From: Neocallimastix sp. 'constans' | Taxonomy: Eukaryota | Reading direction: 5' to 3' | DNA length: 64,000 bases | NCBI GenBank assembly: GCA_050613775.1 | Contig: JBODTK010000134.1 | Location: forward strand, 1 to 64,000 | Part shown: positions 1 to 12,030 of the stretch, one piece after another | Position numbering within the stretch: the stretch's first letter is position 1 | How the letters are laid out: each line of letters begins with the position of its first letter | Notes under the pieces: model-generated | The model's input: the letters and a program-made list of their open reading frames with translations, nothing else | What the model was told of the DNA's origin: nothing | Database searches by the model: none | Position numbers and translations under genes: made by a program

Positions 1-34
1 TTTATTTTATTTTATTTTATTTTATTTTATTTTA

Positions 35-907
35 TTCAATCTGTACTTTATACTTATATTCTACTATTTATTTTATTTATTTTATTTATTTTATTTTATT
101 CAATCTGTACTTTATACTTATATTCTACTATTTATTTATTTTATTTTATTTTATTTTGTTCAATCTGTACTTTATACTTATATTCTACTATTTATTTTAT
201 TTTATTTTATTTTATTTTATTCAATCTGTACTTTATACTTATATTCTACTATTTATTTTATTTTATTTTATTTTATTTTATTTTGTTCAATCTGTACTTT
301 ATACTTATATTCTACTATTTTATTTTATTTTATTTTATTTTATTTTATTTTATTTTATTTTATTTTATTTTATTTTATTTTATTTTATTTTATTTTATTT
401 TATTTTATTTTATTTTATTTTATTTTATTTTATTTTATTTTATTTTATTTTATTTTATTTTATTTATTTTATTTTATTTTATTTTATTTTATTTTATTTT
501 ATTTTATTTTATTTTATATTTTATTTTATTTTATTTTATTTTATTTTATTTTATTTTATTTTATTTTATTTTATTTTATTTTATTTTATTTTATTTTATT
601 TTATTTTATTCAATCTGTACTTTATACTTATATTCTACTATTTATTTTATTTTATTTTATTTTATTTTGTTCAATCTGTACTTTATACTTATATTCTACT
701 ATTTATTTTTTTTTATTTTATTTTATTTTATTTTATTCAATCTGTACTTTATACTTATATTCTACTATTTATTTTATTTTATTTTATTTTATTTTATTTT
801 ATTCAATCTGTACTTTATACTTATATTCTACTATTTATTTTATTTTATTTTATTTTATTTTATTTTATTTTATTCAATCTGTACTTTATATTCATATTCT
901 ACTATTT
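35..907. repeat. Satellite array: 10 copies of a 35-bp unit TTCAATCTGTACTTTATACTTATATTCTACTATTT embedded in (TTTTA)n
   Basis: Units start at 35, 99, 159, 220, 286, 609, 670, 736, 802 and 873. The last copy has 2 substitutions. Spacers are TTTTA microsatellite, which already runs at position 1, so the array may extend beyond the window. Confidence 0.95.
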
Positions 908-2439
908 ATTTTATTTTATTTTATATATTTTTATTATTATATTCTTTATTTATTTATCTATTTATTTATTAATTTATCTATTTATTTATTAATTTATACA
1001 TTTATTTATTTTAAAATTAATTGTATTATAATTTAATGTATTAAATTAATGTATTAAATAAGAAAGTTAGATAAATTTTATAATAAATTTATCTAAGTTT
1101 CTTATTGTATTTATTTTAAACAATAATATTTAATTATTAATTTATATATATTTGATTCTCTTGAGTTCTCTTCGAGAAATCAAGAGTTATTATTTTAGAA
1201 TTTTTATAATAAATAATAATTCAAATAAAATAATTAATTAATAAACAAAACCCTTTTTAATAAAACGTATTTTATAAATATTTGTGTCTTTTATTCCTTT
1301 TGTGTTATTGTTTATTATAAACTTTCTATAATAAACTCTATCGTATATTTAAGTTAAGTATAATTATTTATTAATATTATTTTATATTTATTTAATTATA
1401 TTTAATTTTATTTTCTCAAATTAATATTAATTAGAAATAATTAATGTTAATTTGTAGTTAAGAAATTATTTATAATTAATTTTATAAATAATTTCTTACA
1501 TTACTGTACAGAACTAATAAATAATACTAATTATGTTAGAATAATATAAATTATTGTTAAGATAATAACTGAATTTCAATTCAATTTCAATTTCAATTTC
1601 AATAATTCAGTTATTTGAATTTCAATATTAATAAAAAATAATAATATAATAATTATTATTAAATTAACTTTATTAAAATATTTAGGAAATAGTCTAGGCC
1701 AACTAATTAACTAAATATTACTAACATATTGAAATTAATATATATTAAATAATGTAAACACGTGATTGTCATATTAAATTAATTTCTACATATTATATTT
1801 TAATTATAAAATATAATATTTAGCTATATTAGATTCTTATATTTTATTTATATTAAATATTTATATTATTATCTTACTTTATATTATCAATATTAATATT
1901 ATTTACATATTCATATTAATAATTAATATTTTAATAATTAATTATTTTATATAAATACATGTTTAAATCTTTTGATTAATCCTTCGTAGGATTATTGTAA
2001 TTTAAATTATAGTAATAATTATATAAAATAATAATGTAATAAAGTATTATTAAGATTAAATAAAATTTATATTTTAAATAAAAACTTATTTAATTTACTA
2101 ATAACAATATGTTTTAAATAAGAGTAAATTTAAATTATTAATTAATTACTATAATTTGGCATCTTGACCTAATCGTTAAGTCCAAATTATCACAAAACTT
2201 TAACAATTATTCTAACCTTATAGATTATTCTATTCTATATGAAGATTTTGATAATGAGTCGGATGGTTCCAAAGAATTGGATTACTTAATAGACGTTATA
2301 TAGAGAAAGGCAATTCATAAAGATGAAGAAACTAGTGACCAAAGAGGAAAGAGGGTTCACGGTAGTCTAAGAGATGATCCTAAGCTAATAGTTACTCCAC
2401 CTTAAAATAATCTTATTATTAAATAAAGTTTATTCCTAG

Positions 2440-2487
<48 letters not shown>

Positions 2488-3759
2488 AAAATAATCTAGT
2501 TTTTTCTCTAAAATAAAAATATTAATAATAAAAATCAATAATAAGCAAAATAATAAACAAAAACTATAAACAAATTATCAAGAATTATTTTTAACAAAAC
2601 TTATTGAAAATATTCTAAAACAAAATAAATGTATTCTTTCTTCATATATTAACAATTATTAATTTCTAAATAATAAATAATTACTTTAAAAGTAATTTTC
2701 TTTTCTAAATTAACTTATAAATAGTCTTATATATAGTAAGCTTGTAAATAAATTTATCTTCTTTTATTTCTTTATTTATTTAAAAAGTAAAATGGTTTAA
2801 TTCTTTTGAAAAAAAATAAATATATGTAATATTCTCATCATTCAATTATTCTTTGTTATTAAATTTTATAAATAATATATAATATTAATCTTATTTAGAT
2901 TAGTGCTTATATTTAATTTTTATTTAATAATCATATTTAAATTTATTATTATTTTAATGTAAAATTAAATAATTAAATTAATAAATAAATAAAAGTTTTA
3001 TTATAAAACATGTTTTATTTTCTTTAAAAACATTTTTATTTTAAATGTCAACAATTTTAACATTTTTTAATAATTTTGAAATACCTAATTGACACTTCCA
3101 ACTCTATATTGGATTAAGCCAATTAGATATTTCACTTATTGAAAAAGAATGAATTAATAAACTTTATTTTATTTATAATTTTAAATATTGTTGTTAAGAT
3201 TTTAATAAGGTTATATTTTAAATCCGAAATAAAATAATATATTTTATTAAAAAGATTTACTAGGATGATATATCTATATAGTAATATACTATATAGATAA
3301 ATATATAACAAAATAAAAATATTTAAATAATTTGATTTAACACGAAAATTTTATCTATAATTTACTTTAATAATGTAATTATTCAATTAGTTTGATTAAA
3401 AATAATTTCTTTTATTTAATATTAATTTAATAAAAGTATCTATAAAATATAGCTATTTATTATAATAATTTCTCAATAACCTTACAAAGAATATAAAAGA
3501 TAAATTTTTTCATCTCTCTTTTATACTTTGTAAATTACATAATAATAGTATTTAATTTTTAAGATATTTATAACCCGGCCACTACAATTATACAATTATA
3601 TAAATAATTATACAATTGAAAAATAGGATATTTAATATATATATATTTATATATATATATATATAATATAAATAAATATTTGTAATTTTATATATAATAT
3701 TTGAAATTAATTATTAGTATTCTCAGAATTATTAGGTCAAAGATAATTCTTCAAATATT

Positions 3760-4800
3760 AAATTTTTATGGACAATGAATATGAGAATGCTTTTAAAGAA
3801 TTAAAGAAAAGATTAACAACATCTTCAATTCTACTACATTCTGATTTTACAAAACCTTTTATTGTAGAATGTGAAGCAAGTAGCTTTGTTATTGATGCTG
3901 TTCTTTCTAAATGAGATAAAGAAAATAATATGTATCCAGTAGCATATTATTCTAAAAGTTTATTAATTGCTGAAGTAAATTATACCATTACTAACAAAGA
4001 ACTTTTCGCTATAAGGGATGCTTTTATTGCTTGGAGACATCCACTTCTAAGTGCTAAATAGAGTTAGAGTTAGGGTTAAAGAAATTCTTGATGCTAAACA
4101 AACTACTAAAGCCTTTAAGTCCAATATTTATAAATTATATGGATTACCTTATGATATTTATATAGGTGGAAGCTCCCATTTACAAGAGCCTTTTGGAAAG
4201 AATATATGAATTTATTAAAAATTAAAACAAATATTGCTACTAATTGACTATCATGAAGCAGTCGGACAAGTTGAAAGATATTAATTCTTTCATTGAATTA
4301 TATTTAAGAGGATGTTCAAAATCTTATTATCACGATAATTGGATTGATTGGATCTACCTTGCTGAATATGAATGTAATATCTCTGTTAATAAATCTATAA
4401 AGGAAATTCCTTTCTTTATTAATTATGGATTCCATCCATCAATGAATATATTCATTTAATTATCTAATATAAATACATACTTTAAATATATTAAAAATAT
4501 TTACACAAGTTTTAATCATATAAAAAATGTATTATTAGTAATAAAGGAATCTTATAATAATCACTTAGATAAAAAAGAATGGCACCTCAGATCCTTAAAG
4601 AAGATGTTTTGGTATGGATTCAAGCTCCTTCTTCATTAAATAAAGAAAATAGTTCTAAACTATCACCTTGCAAATATGGAAGGTATAAAGCTCTTGAAGT
4701 TTTAGAAGATAATAATTATAAAATTGATTTAAAAAGATATCTTTTCCTCAAATATCATCCTATATTCTATATTTTCGAGCTTGGATCATCATCAATTATA
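3760..4800 (+). mobile_element. Decayed Ty3/gypsy LTR retrotransposon pol fragment (RT connection/RNase H, integrase core, GPY/F region)
   Basis: Translation across stops and frameshifts gives KFLWT..ENAFKELKKRLTTSSILLHSDFTKPFIVECEASSFVIDAVLSK*..YPVAYYSKSL..AEVNYTITNKELFAIRDAFIAWRH (RNase H). It continues with YGLP..FWKEYMNLLKI..GQVER..INSFIELYLR..NWIDWIYLAEY..PFFINYGFHP (integrase) and KLSPCKYGRYKALEVLEDNNYKIDL..HPIF (GPY/F). The RT-RH-IN order is that of gypsy. Confidence 0.9.
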
Positions 4801-5805
4801 TAAATATTTATTGATGTTAATCATTATTATTTAATATTTTGAATAGAATTTTTATTGAGAGTAATGAATATATTAATTAATATTAATAATAAATATTAAT
4901 TATAATTAATTAGTAATTAATGTGTACTTTTAATAACTTTAATATATTCATTTTTCATTAAATATTTAATGTTAATAAATATAAAATATTGTCTATATAT
5001 ATATATATATATTAATGTCTTTCTTTTTTCTATAATTTAATTTTTTAATTAATTGTAAAATTAAAAAATAAAAAAAAAGTCAACTTTAATTATGAAATCA
5101 GTACTTCAATAGGTTTAAATTTAATTAGAAAAAAAAACTATTTTCCTAAAAATAAATAAAAAAAAAACTTTTTTATAACTTTAATAATAATAACTAATCA
5201 AAATAACATTAAATAAAAAGAATGTTTAATCTAAATGTATGTAACTTAGCGCAAAAAAGAATATCTATATAAAAAAAAAAGAATAAGAAAGACTAATTGA
5301 AAGAAATATTTTGAAAAGAAATATATATGTAATTTTTTATAATCAACATTTTTATAAACAAGAATTACAAGAATTTTTAGTATATAAATATTAATTTTTT
5401 TATTAATAAAATAATACTAAAATAAATTCATTTAATAAATTTTAGGTAATATATATATTTTTTATAATAAAATAATATAAAAATTATTGTTGAAATAAAC
5501 TTCATTTAATTGCTTTTTTAAAGAAATATTTTTATCTTTTTTGTATCTGTTCTGTATTATTAATACCATTTGGAGGAGAACTAGTAAAAATAAATACAGA
5601 TATTATATATTTGTCTATAATTTCATCCACGACTTCAATAAGAAGATAGTAAATCATTAGTATCCTCATTATTATAATGGTTGATGCATATATTTTATAT
5701 ATTATATATTAATAATTATATATTTAATATAATTAGAATTGAATCATATAATTTTAGTATTAATAAAATAATCATGAATTTATATACTCTCTTTTATAAC
5801 TTTTA

Positions 5806-5844
<39 letters not shown>

Positions 5845-6183
5845 TTCATTTAGAAAATCTATTATCGAAGATATCAAAGTCATCAATGATGCAATTATAT
5901 TTGTATATATATACATGATAAAAGTTATTTATTATTAATAATCTTTATCTATAGAAAAATATTTTAATATTTAAATAAGTAAAATTTCATTTAAAAAATT
6001 AATAATATATTATATTCTTATTTTTATTTATTATAATAACTAATATGTAAAGAATTTCACGTGAAAGAATTGAAAAAATTAATAATTAGTGATGAAGATG
6101 AAAATGAAAATGACACTATGAATATGATGATAAAAGAAATATAAATAATTTGAATTGGATATATCTATTAAATTGAGTTACAT

Positions 6184-6214
<31 letters not shown>

Positions 6215-7578
6215 GAAGAAGAAGAAAAAAAAAAATTATTTGATAAAAATATATGGTAAAATTTAAAATAATGATTCAGATTTTAAAAAAATTTTTTTTT
6301 TTTTTAAAATATAAATTATAATTCTTGAGTTTATATATTTATACTATTCAAATTATAATTAATTAATTTATATTTTATGTTTATATATTAAAAAAATTTT
6401 TTTTTTATTTCTTCTTTAAAAATCAAAGAGAATAACTTTCTATCTAAATTAAAGTTAATTAATAATATATGTCAATGAAAATTCAAGTTTTTAATATTAA
6501 AATAATGAATTTCTTGATCTGTCGTTAGTTAATTGCTATACCATTTCAGAATTACTACCAGTATAACATTGGATTTTTATTTAAAAATGAGTATATAATA
6601 AATTTTAATCATTTTAATTGTGATTTAAAGGTTATTTTATTTATTTTATGTCCATATTGATTAATATTATTCTTCAATGTGTATTAATAATAGTTAATAT
6701 TTTAAAATAAATATTAATTTTTTTAAAATAATTACACAATAAAAATTTAAGTATTGTATTCAAGATTAATATTAAAGTTTCTATTGTTTTTAAATTCTTT
6801 GATTATCCCCCTGTGGGAGATAATCAAAGAGTTTCATGCAAATCCCGAAGGTCCAATTCTATCATTTATCTTTCTTTCCCTTCATAAATATTTTTATTTT
6901 ATTTCAACTTTTATTATTATTCTAAATATTAAATAGTATATTGCAAATAAATAGAATATATAATAATATTATGGAGTCTATAGAGTTTTTATAGTTTATA
7001 TAGTTTATGATACAAATAATTTAGTTTTAAAAAAAATTTTTTTTTATTTTCTATAAGCCTCTCTTATATAATTAATATGAAAACATGTATTTAATGTATT
7101 GAAATATCTATAATCCATTAAATGTATTTTATATATATAAATATCATTAAATAATGTATTATTATAAAATAAGTCTTTTATTTCAAATCAATACTGATAG
7201 TAAAATAAATAAAACAGTGTGATTTAAATAAATATATATATATTTTTTTTTAATTTTTTTTTTCTTACAATATAATAAAATAAATAAATAAATAAAAAAT
7301 AAAATATTTTTATATAGAAATTAATTATTTAAAAAAAAATTGTGTATAAAGATATAAATTTAATTATATATCTTTATACACAAATTTTTTATAATAAATA
7401 AAATTCTTTTATAGATACACAATAATTAATTTTTACCTAAATATAAAATAATAAAATAATACTAAATTTATTGATTAAAAAATATTAATTTAATTCATAA
7501 AAAATATAAATATTTATATTTTACTTTAAAATGTAAATATATTTGATTATGATAATAATAATAATAATATATATATAC

Positions 7579-7778
7579 CTTATTTTTATTTTTATTTTTA
7601 TGTTTATTTTTATTTTTATTTTTATGTTTATGTTTATTCTTATTCTTATTTTTATTTTTATTTTTATTTTTATGTTTATTTTTATTTTTATTTTTATGTT
7701 TATTCTTATTCTTATTTTTATTTTTATTTTTATGTTTATTCTTATTCTTATTTTTATTTTTATTTTTATTTTTATTAT
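7579..7778. repeat. Degenerate (TTTTTA/TTATTC/TTTATG)n hexamer microsatellite
   Basis: Direct reading; it produces the spurious ORF 7543..7782. Confidence 0.8.
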
Positions 7779-8066
7779 ATGATTGAATTTGTATTATATT
7801 TAAAAATTTAAAACTTTTTTTACAACATATATATACATATTTTTTTTATTGTTTATACATAGCATAATTTAAAATTTGTAATTATTTTTATATTTTATTG
7901 TGTATTGTAATTTCATAAAAACTTTTTTGATGTATTAGTAATTATATAATTTTTTTTTAATATAATCATTAAGATTACTTTTTTTTTTTATTAACAACTC
8001 TTCTTTAATTTTATTTATTTATATGTTTACATATTTATTAAAAATTAAGTTAAGCATTAATATAAA

Positions 8067-8340
8067 TAATTAGAGTGTAACCATTAGCAATCATGAATTC
8101 TCTTTCAGTACTAGCTAATGCTAATATACTATCCTTAATAGCTCCCTAATATATTAAGTAATTTAAAGTAATGACTAATTGTCCTTAAGATTGACTGATC
8201 ACTTGTTTAGTATAGTTAATATTACATTCATAAATGTAATTCAAATAGATTAACATTTCAATTAATAGAAGAAGCAATGTAACCAGCAGCTTGAAGAGCA
8301 CTCTTAACAATTTGATTATTAATACTAGAACTATATAGAA
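8067..8340 (-). pseudogene. 3' fragment pseudogene of the CBM1-CE4 polysaccharide deacetylase
   Basis: Aligns by eye to 16711-16980, sharing blocks such as TAACCATTAGCAATCAT and TGTAACCAGCAGCTTGAAGAGCA. It carries many C>T/G>A changes and stops, and the 5' part is missing. Confidence 0.9.
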
Positions 8341-8529
8341 GCAATTATTATGAATTTCGACGTTTCAGGGGATTCGTTTATATAAAGTTTTCCATTATAT
8401 ATAAATTATCTTAGTAACTTGCTAATTTCGAAATTACGATACTTCAACAAAATCATTAGGTTCAGGATAGTAAAATTCTATAAAGTAAATACATTCAACG
8501 AATAAATCTGAAATAATTTTTAAGAATCA

Positions 8530-8880
8530 TAGAAAAAGTTCTATGTCGTCTAAACACCTTTAATAAATATTCTTTGGATGTAATATTAGAAAGTGTTTTA
8601 GCTTTAAGTCATTTCGGAAAATAGTTAATACATATAATAACATATTTATTACCAATTGAGGAAGTGGTAATTTTTAAAAGTTCAGTTATATCCCATTCAA
8701 AATGAACTAAAGAAGCTTCTATTAAGGATAAGTTAATGTTTTATCAATTAGGAGATTCAACTCCTTAAGTTGATAAATTTTGCAGTAATTTATATACTTT
8801 TTTTTGAATATTCATTAATATACATTTCCAATAATAACATTTCTTTATTCTTTCATAGTTTCATCTGTACTCTTTCATTC
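8530..8880 (-). mobile_element. Decayed Ty3/gypsy-type integrase fragment (zinc-binding region plus start of catalytic core)
   Basis: Minus-strand translation gives YERIKKCYYWK..KYINYCKIYQL (HHCC region), then HFEWDITELLKITTSSIGNKYVIICINYFPK*LKAKTLSNITSKE..VFRRH. This matches the integrase consensus GNKYIIVxIDYFTKWxEAxxL. Confidence 0.75.
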
Positions 8881-9330
8881 TCTCTTCCGTATTCTTTATG
8901 ATATATATATTTCTATTTTTACTTAATGATTTCACAATGATTTCATATAGATTTCTAGAGTTCCTAAAATACTTTATACTTTTAATATTTATAATTACAT
9001 TTTTTTTAGAAATTTATTCATTAATTCAGTAACTCTTATATACCATTTTTTTCCTGGATAAATTTAATTTTCTATATTTTCTTCAGTTCTAATTTTATTA
9101 TGATTATGATTATTATTAGAATTGAAGTTCAGATTCTCATTGAAAGAATATTACAATTGTTTATATTTTTATTATTTTTAATGTTATTATTGTTCATGTT
9201 ATTATTACCTTTATTATTCTTATTAATTTTAATAATTTATTATTTTTATCATTACATTATATTATAATCAAGTAAATAGAAAATAATATAAATATAAAAA
9301 AATTCTAAATATTTTTATTAACATTTTTAC

Positions 9331-9389
<59 letters not shown>

Positions 9390-9533
9390 AATAATAATAA
9401 TTATTAAGTTGAGAAAATAATATTAAAAGAAAAAAAATATATATATATATAAAATTCTTTTTTTTTTTTTTTTATTTTGATAATAAATAATAAATTATTA
9501 TTATATTATTTTATATTAATGATATGAATAAAT

Positions 9534-10745
9534 TTAATGATGATTATTAGAGAGATCTCGATTTAATGAAGCTAAAGAAATTAAATATGTATATGAAGGG
9601 GCTGATTTCATTTGAGGTTTATGACTACTTTCATGTACATATGAATTTGGACTGTTAATATCGAAATAATTAATATCATAATTATTTGTAGTAGTGTATT
9701 TAAAAGGAAGAGTATCGTTATTTTGAAGATCATTTCTACTACTATTATAATGATATTTTTTTTCTTTTTTAGCAGCTAAATATATTAATAAAAATTGATC
9801 AATATACATGAATGTATAATCAATTCCAAGAACTACATCACGTAAATTATTTAGAGAAGAGGTTATTTCTTCAAAATTTGATTTAGATGCTTTATAAAGA
9901 TCAATATTTGAAACATTTTGATATTCTTTAATAATAACAAATATAAATAGTATAACAAAAGGTATGAAAAAAAAGGAGGATATCATTGAAAGTATTATTC
10001 GAAATTCAGACATTGTTTTCATTAAATCAATAAATGATAAATTATTATTATTATTTTCGGAATCTGTAATTTTCTTAAAACCATTGAAAATTGAATTTGT
10101 ATTATATTCTTTTAACTTAATATAAAGGAAATTTTTTAAAGCAAAAATTACTGTGATATCATAAATAAAACAAAAAATTTGAATAATTAAAATAATTGTC
10201 CACACCATTAATTTATATTCGAAAATATCTCTATTAGGATAATATGAATTTTTCTCAGTTGATAAGTTCTTTATATAATTTTCTGGAACTCTTATAAATC
10301 TTAAAATTACTCCATTAATTTTTGTTAAATTATATAGTATGCAAGTAATATAAACTGATTTCATACTATAATTTTTGTCTGAAACAGCTTTTACTCTCAA
10401 TAACAGATACCAATCTCCTAATATTTCACCTATTGTCCAAAATATATAGGCTACATTAATACATCTATATTGATTATGTTTATTATATGGCCAATAATAT
10501 TTTTCATTTTCTTTTATCGTATTATCTGAAAATACTAATGAATTTAAGGCGTCACCTGTTGCTCTAAAAAACCAATGAAAAACTAAAATAAAATTAACCT
10601 TTCTTTTATAATTCTTTTTCCCATTTATTAACAGTAATAAAAATACCCAAGGGAAAAAAGGATTTATAATATAACTATTTATAGATTTTTCTATTATATC
10701 ATTAAGTGGAATAACTCTACTTGTATCCTCAACTTTTGGAATCAT
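9534..10745 (-). CDS. Intronless 403-aa putative seven-transmembrane (GPCR-like) membrane protein
   Basis: Uninterrupted ATG-to-TAA ORF with about seven hydrophobic segments (NPFFPWVFLLLLI; FILVFHWFFRATGD; VAYIFWTIGEILGDWYLLL; VYITCILYNL; VWTIILIIQIFCFIYDITVIF; IILSMISSFFFIPFVILFIFVII; VVLGIDYTFMYIDQFLLIYL). It ends in a polar S/N-rich tail. Confidence 0.85.
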   Translation of the reverse strand: MIPKVEDTSRVIPLNDIIEKSINSYIINPFFPWVFLLLLINGKKNYKRKVNFILVFHWFFRATGDALNSLVFSDNTIKENEKYYWPYNKHNQYRCINVAYIFWTIGEILGDWYLLLRVKAVSDKNYSMKSVYITCILYNLTKINGVILRFIRVPENYIKNLSTEKNSYYPNRDIFEYKLMVWTIILIIQIFCFIYDITVIFALKNFLYIKLKEYNTNSIFNGFKKITDSENNNNNLSFIDLMKTMSEFRIILSMISSFFFIPFVILFIFVIIKEYQNVSNIDLYKASKSNFEEITSSLNNLRDVVLGIDYTFMYIDQFLLIYLAAKKEKKYHYNSSRNDLQNNDTLPFKYTTTNNYDINYFDINSPNSYVHESSHKPQMKSAPSYTYLISLASLNRDLSNNHH

Positions 10746-11196
10746 GTATATAACCTTTATTTAATTTTGATTTAAAATATTTTGAGTTTTTTTATTTTTA
10801 ATTATAAATTTTACTTGTTATCTTAATTTTTATTTAAATTACTTTAATATTATATTTTTTTTATTTTAAATTTTAAATTTTGAACTTCTTTTTTATATAA
10901 ATATTTAATTAAAATTTAAATGACTATTTTTTTAAGTAATAATTTATTTAAAAGCTAATCCTTTATTTTAAATTTAATTTAGTTATTCTTATTTATTTTT
11001 TGTATTCTATTAACTATCACATATATTTTACATTCTATAATTATTAAATATTATTTTATTTATTAATCAATAATTAATGATATATAGATATATTTCTTTT
11101 AATTTTCTAAGATATATCTTTTTTTTTATTGATTTTTTATTTTATTTTTTTTTTTTTTTTTTATGAAGAAATTTATTTATTTAAATATATTTCGTT

Positions 11197-11230
<34 letters not shown>

Positions 11231-11341
11231 GAAACATAATTTAATTTACTGTTATTGTTCATTTATAGAAATAATTAAATTAGGTTTAAATTATTAATTT
11301 GAAAAGTTTGTACAACATGTATTTAGTATTTAAGAACAAAA

Positions 11342-11380
<39 letters not shown>

Positions 11381-11774
11381 AAAAAAAAAAAATAAAAATA
11401 AAATTATATATAAAGAATACTTATATATATTTATAAAAAAAAATATTATGAGTATATTTATATGTAAATTATATTATAAATCAATAAATAATACTTTAAC
11501 TTCACAACGAATATATAATGTTTTGGAACTTTTTTTTATTATATAATATTGAAGGATTATTCCATTTTTTAAACAAAAAATAAAAAAGAATAATATTAAC
11601 TATACCAGGAAAACTACAAAATTCGATTAATAGATTTATATAATAATCAATAATAATACTATAATAGAGATAAATAATTACATAAAATATATATATAATA
11701 TATATAATTAATATTAAAATTATTATATATACGAATTAATGTAAAGTAATTAAATTAATAAAAATATTATGTAT

Positions 11775-11814
<40 letters not shown>

Positions 11815-11818
<4 letters not shown>

Positions 11819-12030
11819 TTTCACATGAAAAGAAAATAGTAGAAAAAAGGCAAAACTTCATGTTTAGTAGTTTTCAATAAGTTTTACGTATGTTCTCTAT
11901 CAGTTCACATTGACAGTATAAGAGTAGTGGCTTCTATAAATGATTTTTGGAAACTAGATATAAAAGTGGCATATATAAAAATACCAATTTAGAAGAAAAA
12001 ATATATCATAAAAGCCTGATTGGTAGTAGA
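11815..12030 (+). mobile_element. Decayed Ty1/copia reverse transcriptase fragment
   Basis: Translation across frameshifts gives KAKL..SVHIDSIRVVASINDFWKLDIKVAYI..NTNLEEKIY. This resembles the copia RT consensus KARLV..SPxxxxxSIR..QLDIKxAYLNxxLEEEIY. Confidence 0.55.

Noticed and set aside
35..907. CRISPR array
   Set aside because: Repeat and spacer lengths look CRISPR-like, but the spacers are all (TTTTA)n rather than unique sequences. There are no cas genes and the context is eukaryotic.
156..992. 278-aa and 229-aa FILFY-repeat ORFs
   Set aside because: Translations of the stop-free TTTTA microsatellite, with non-ATG starts.
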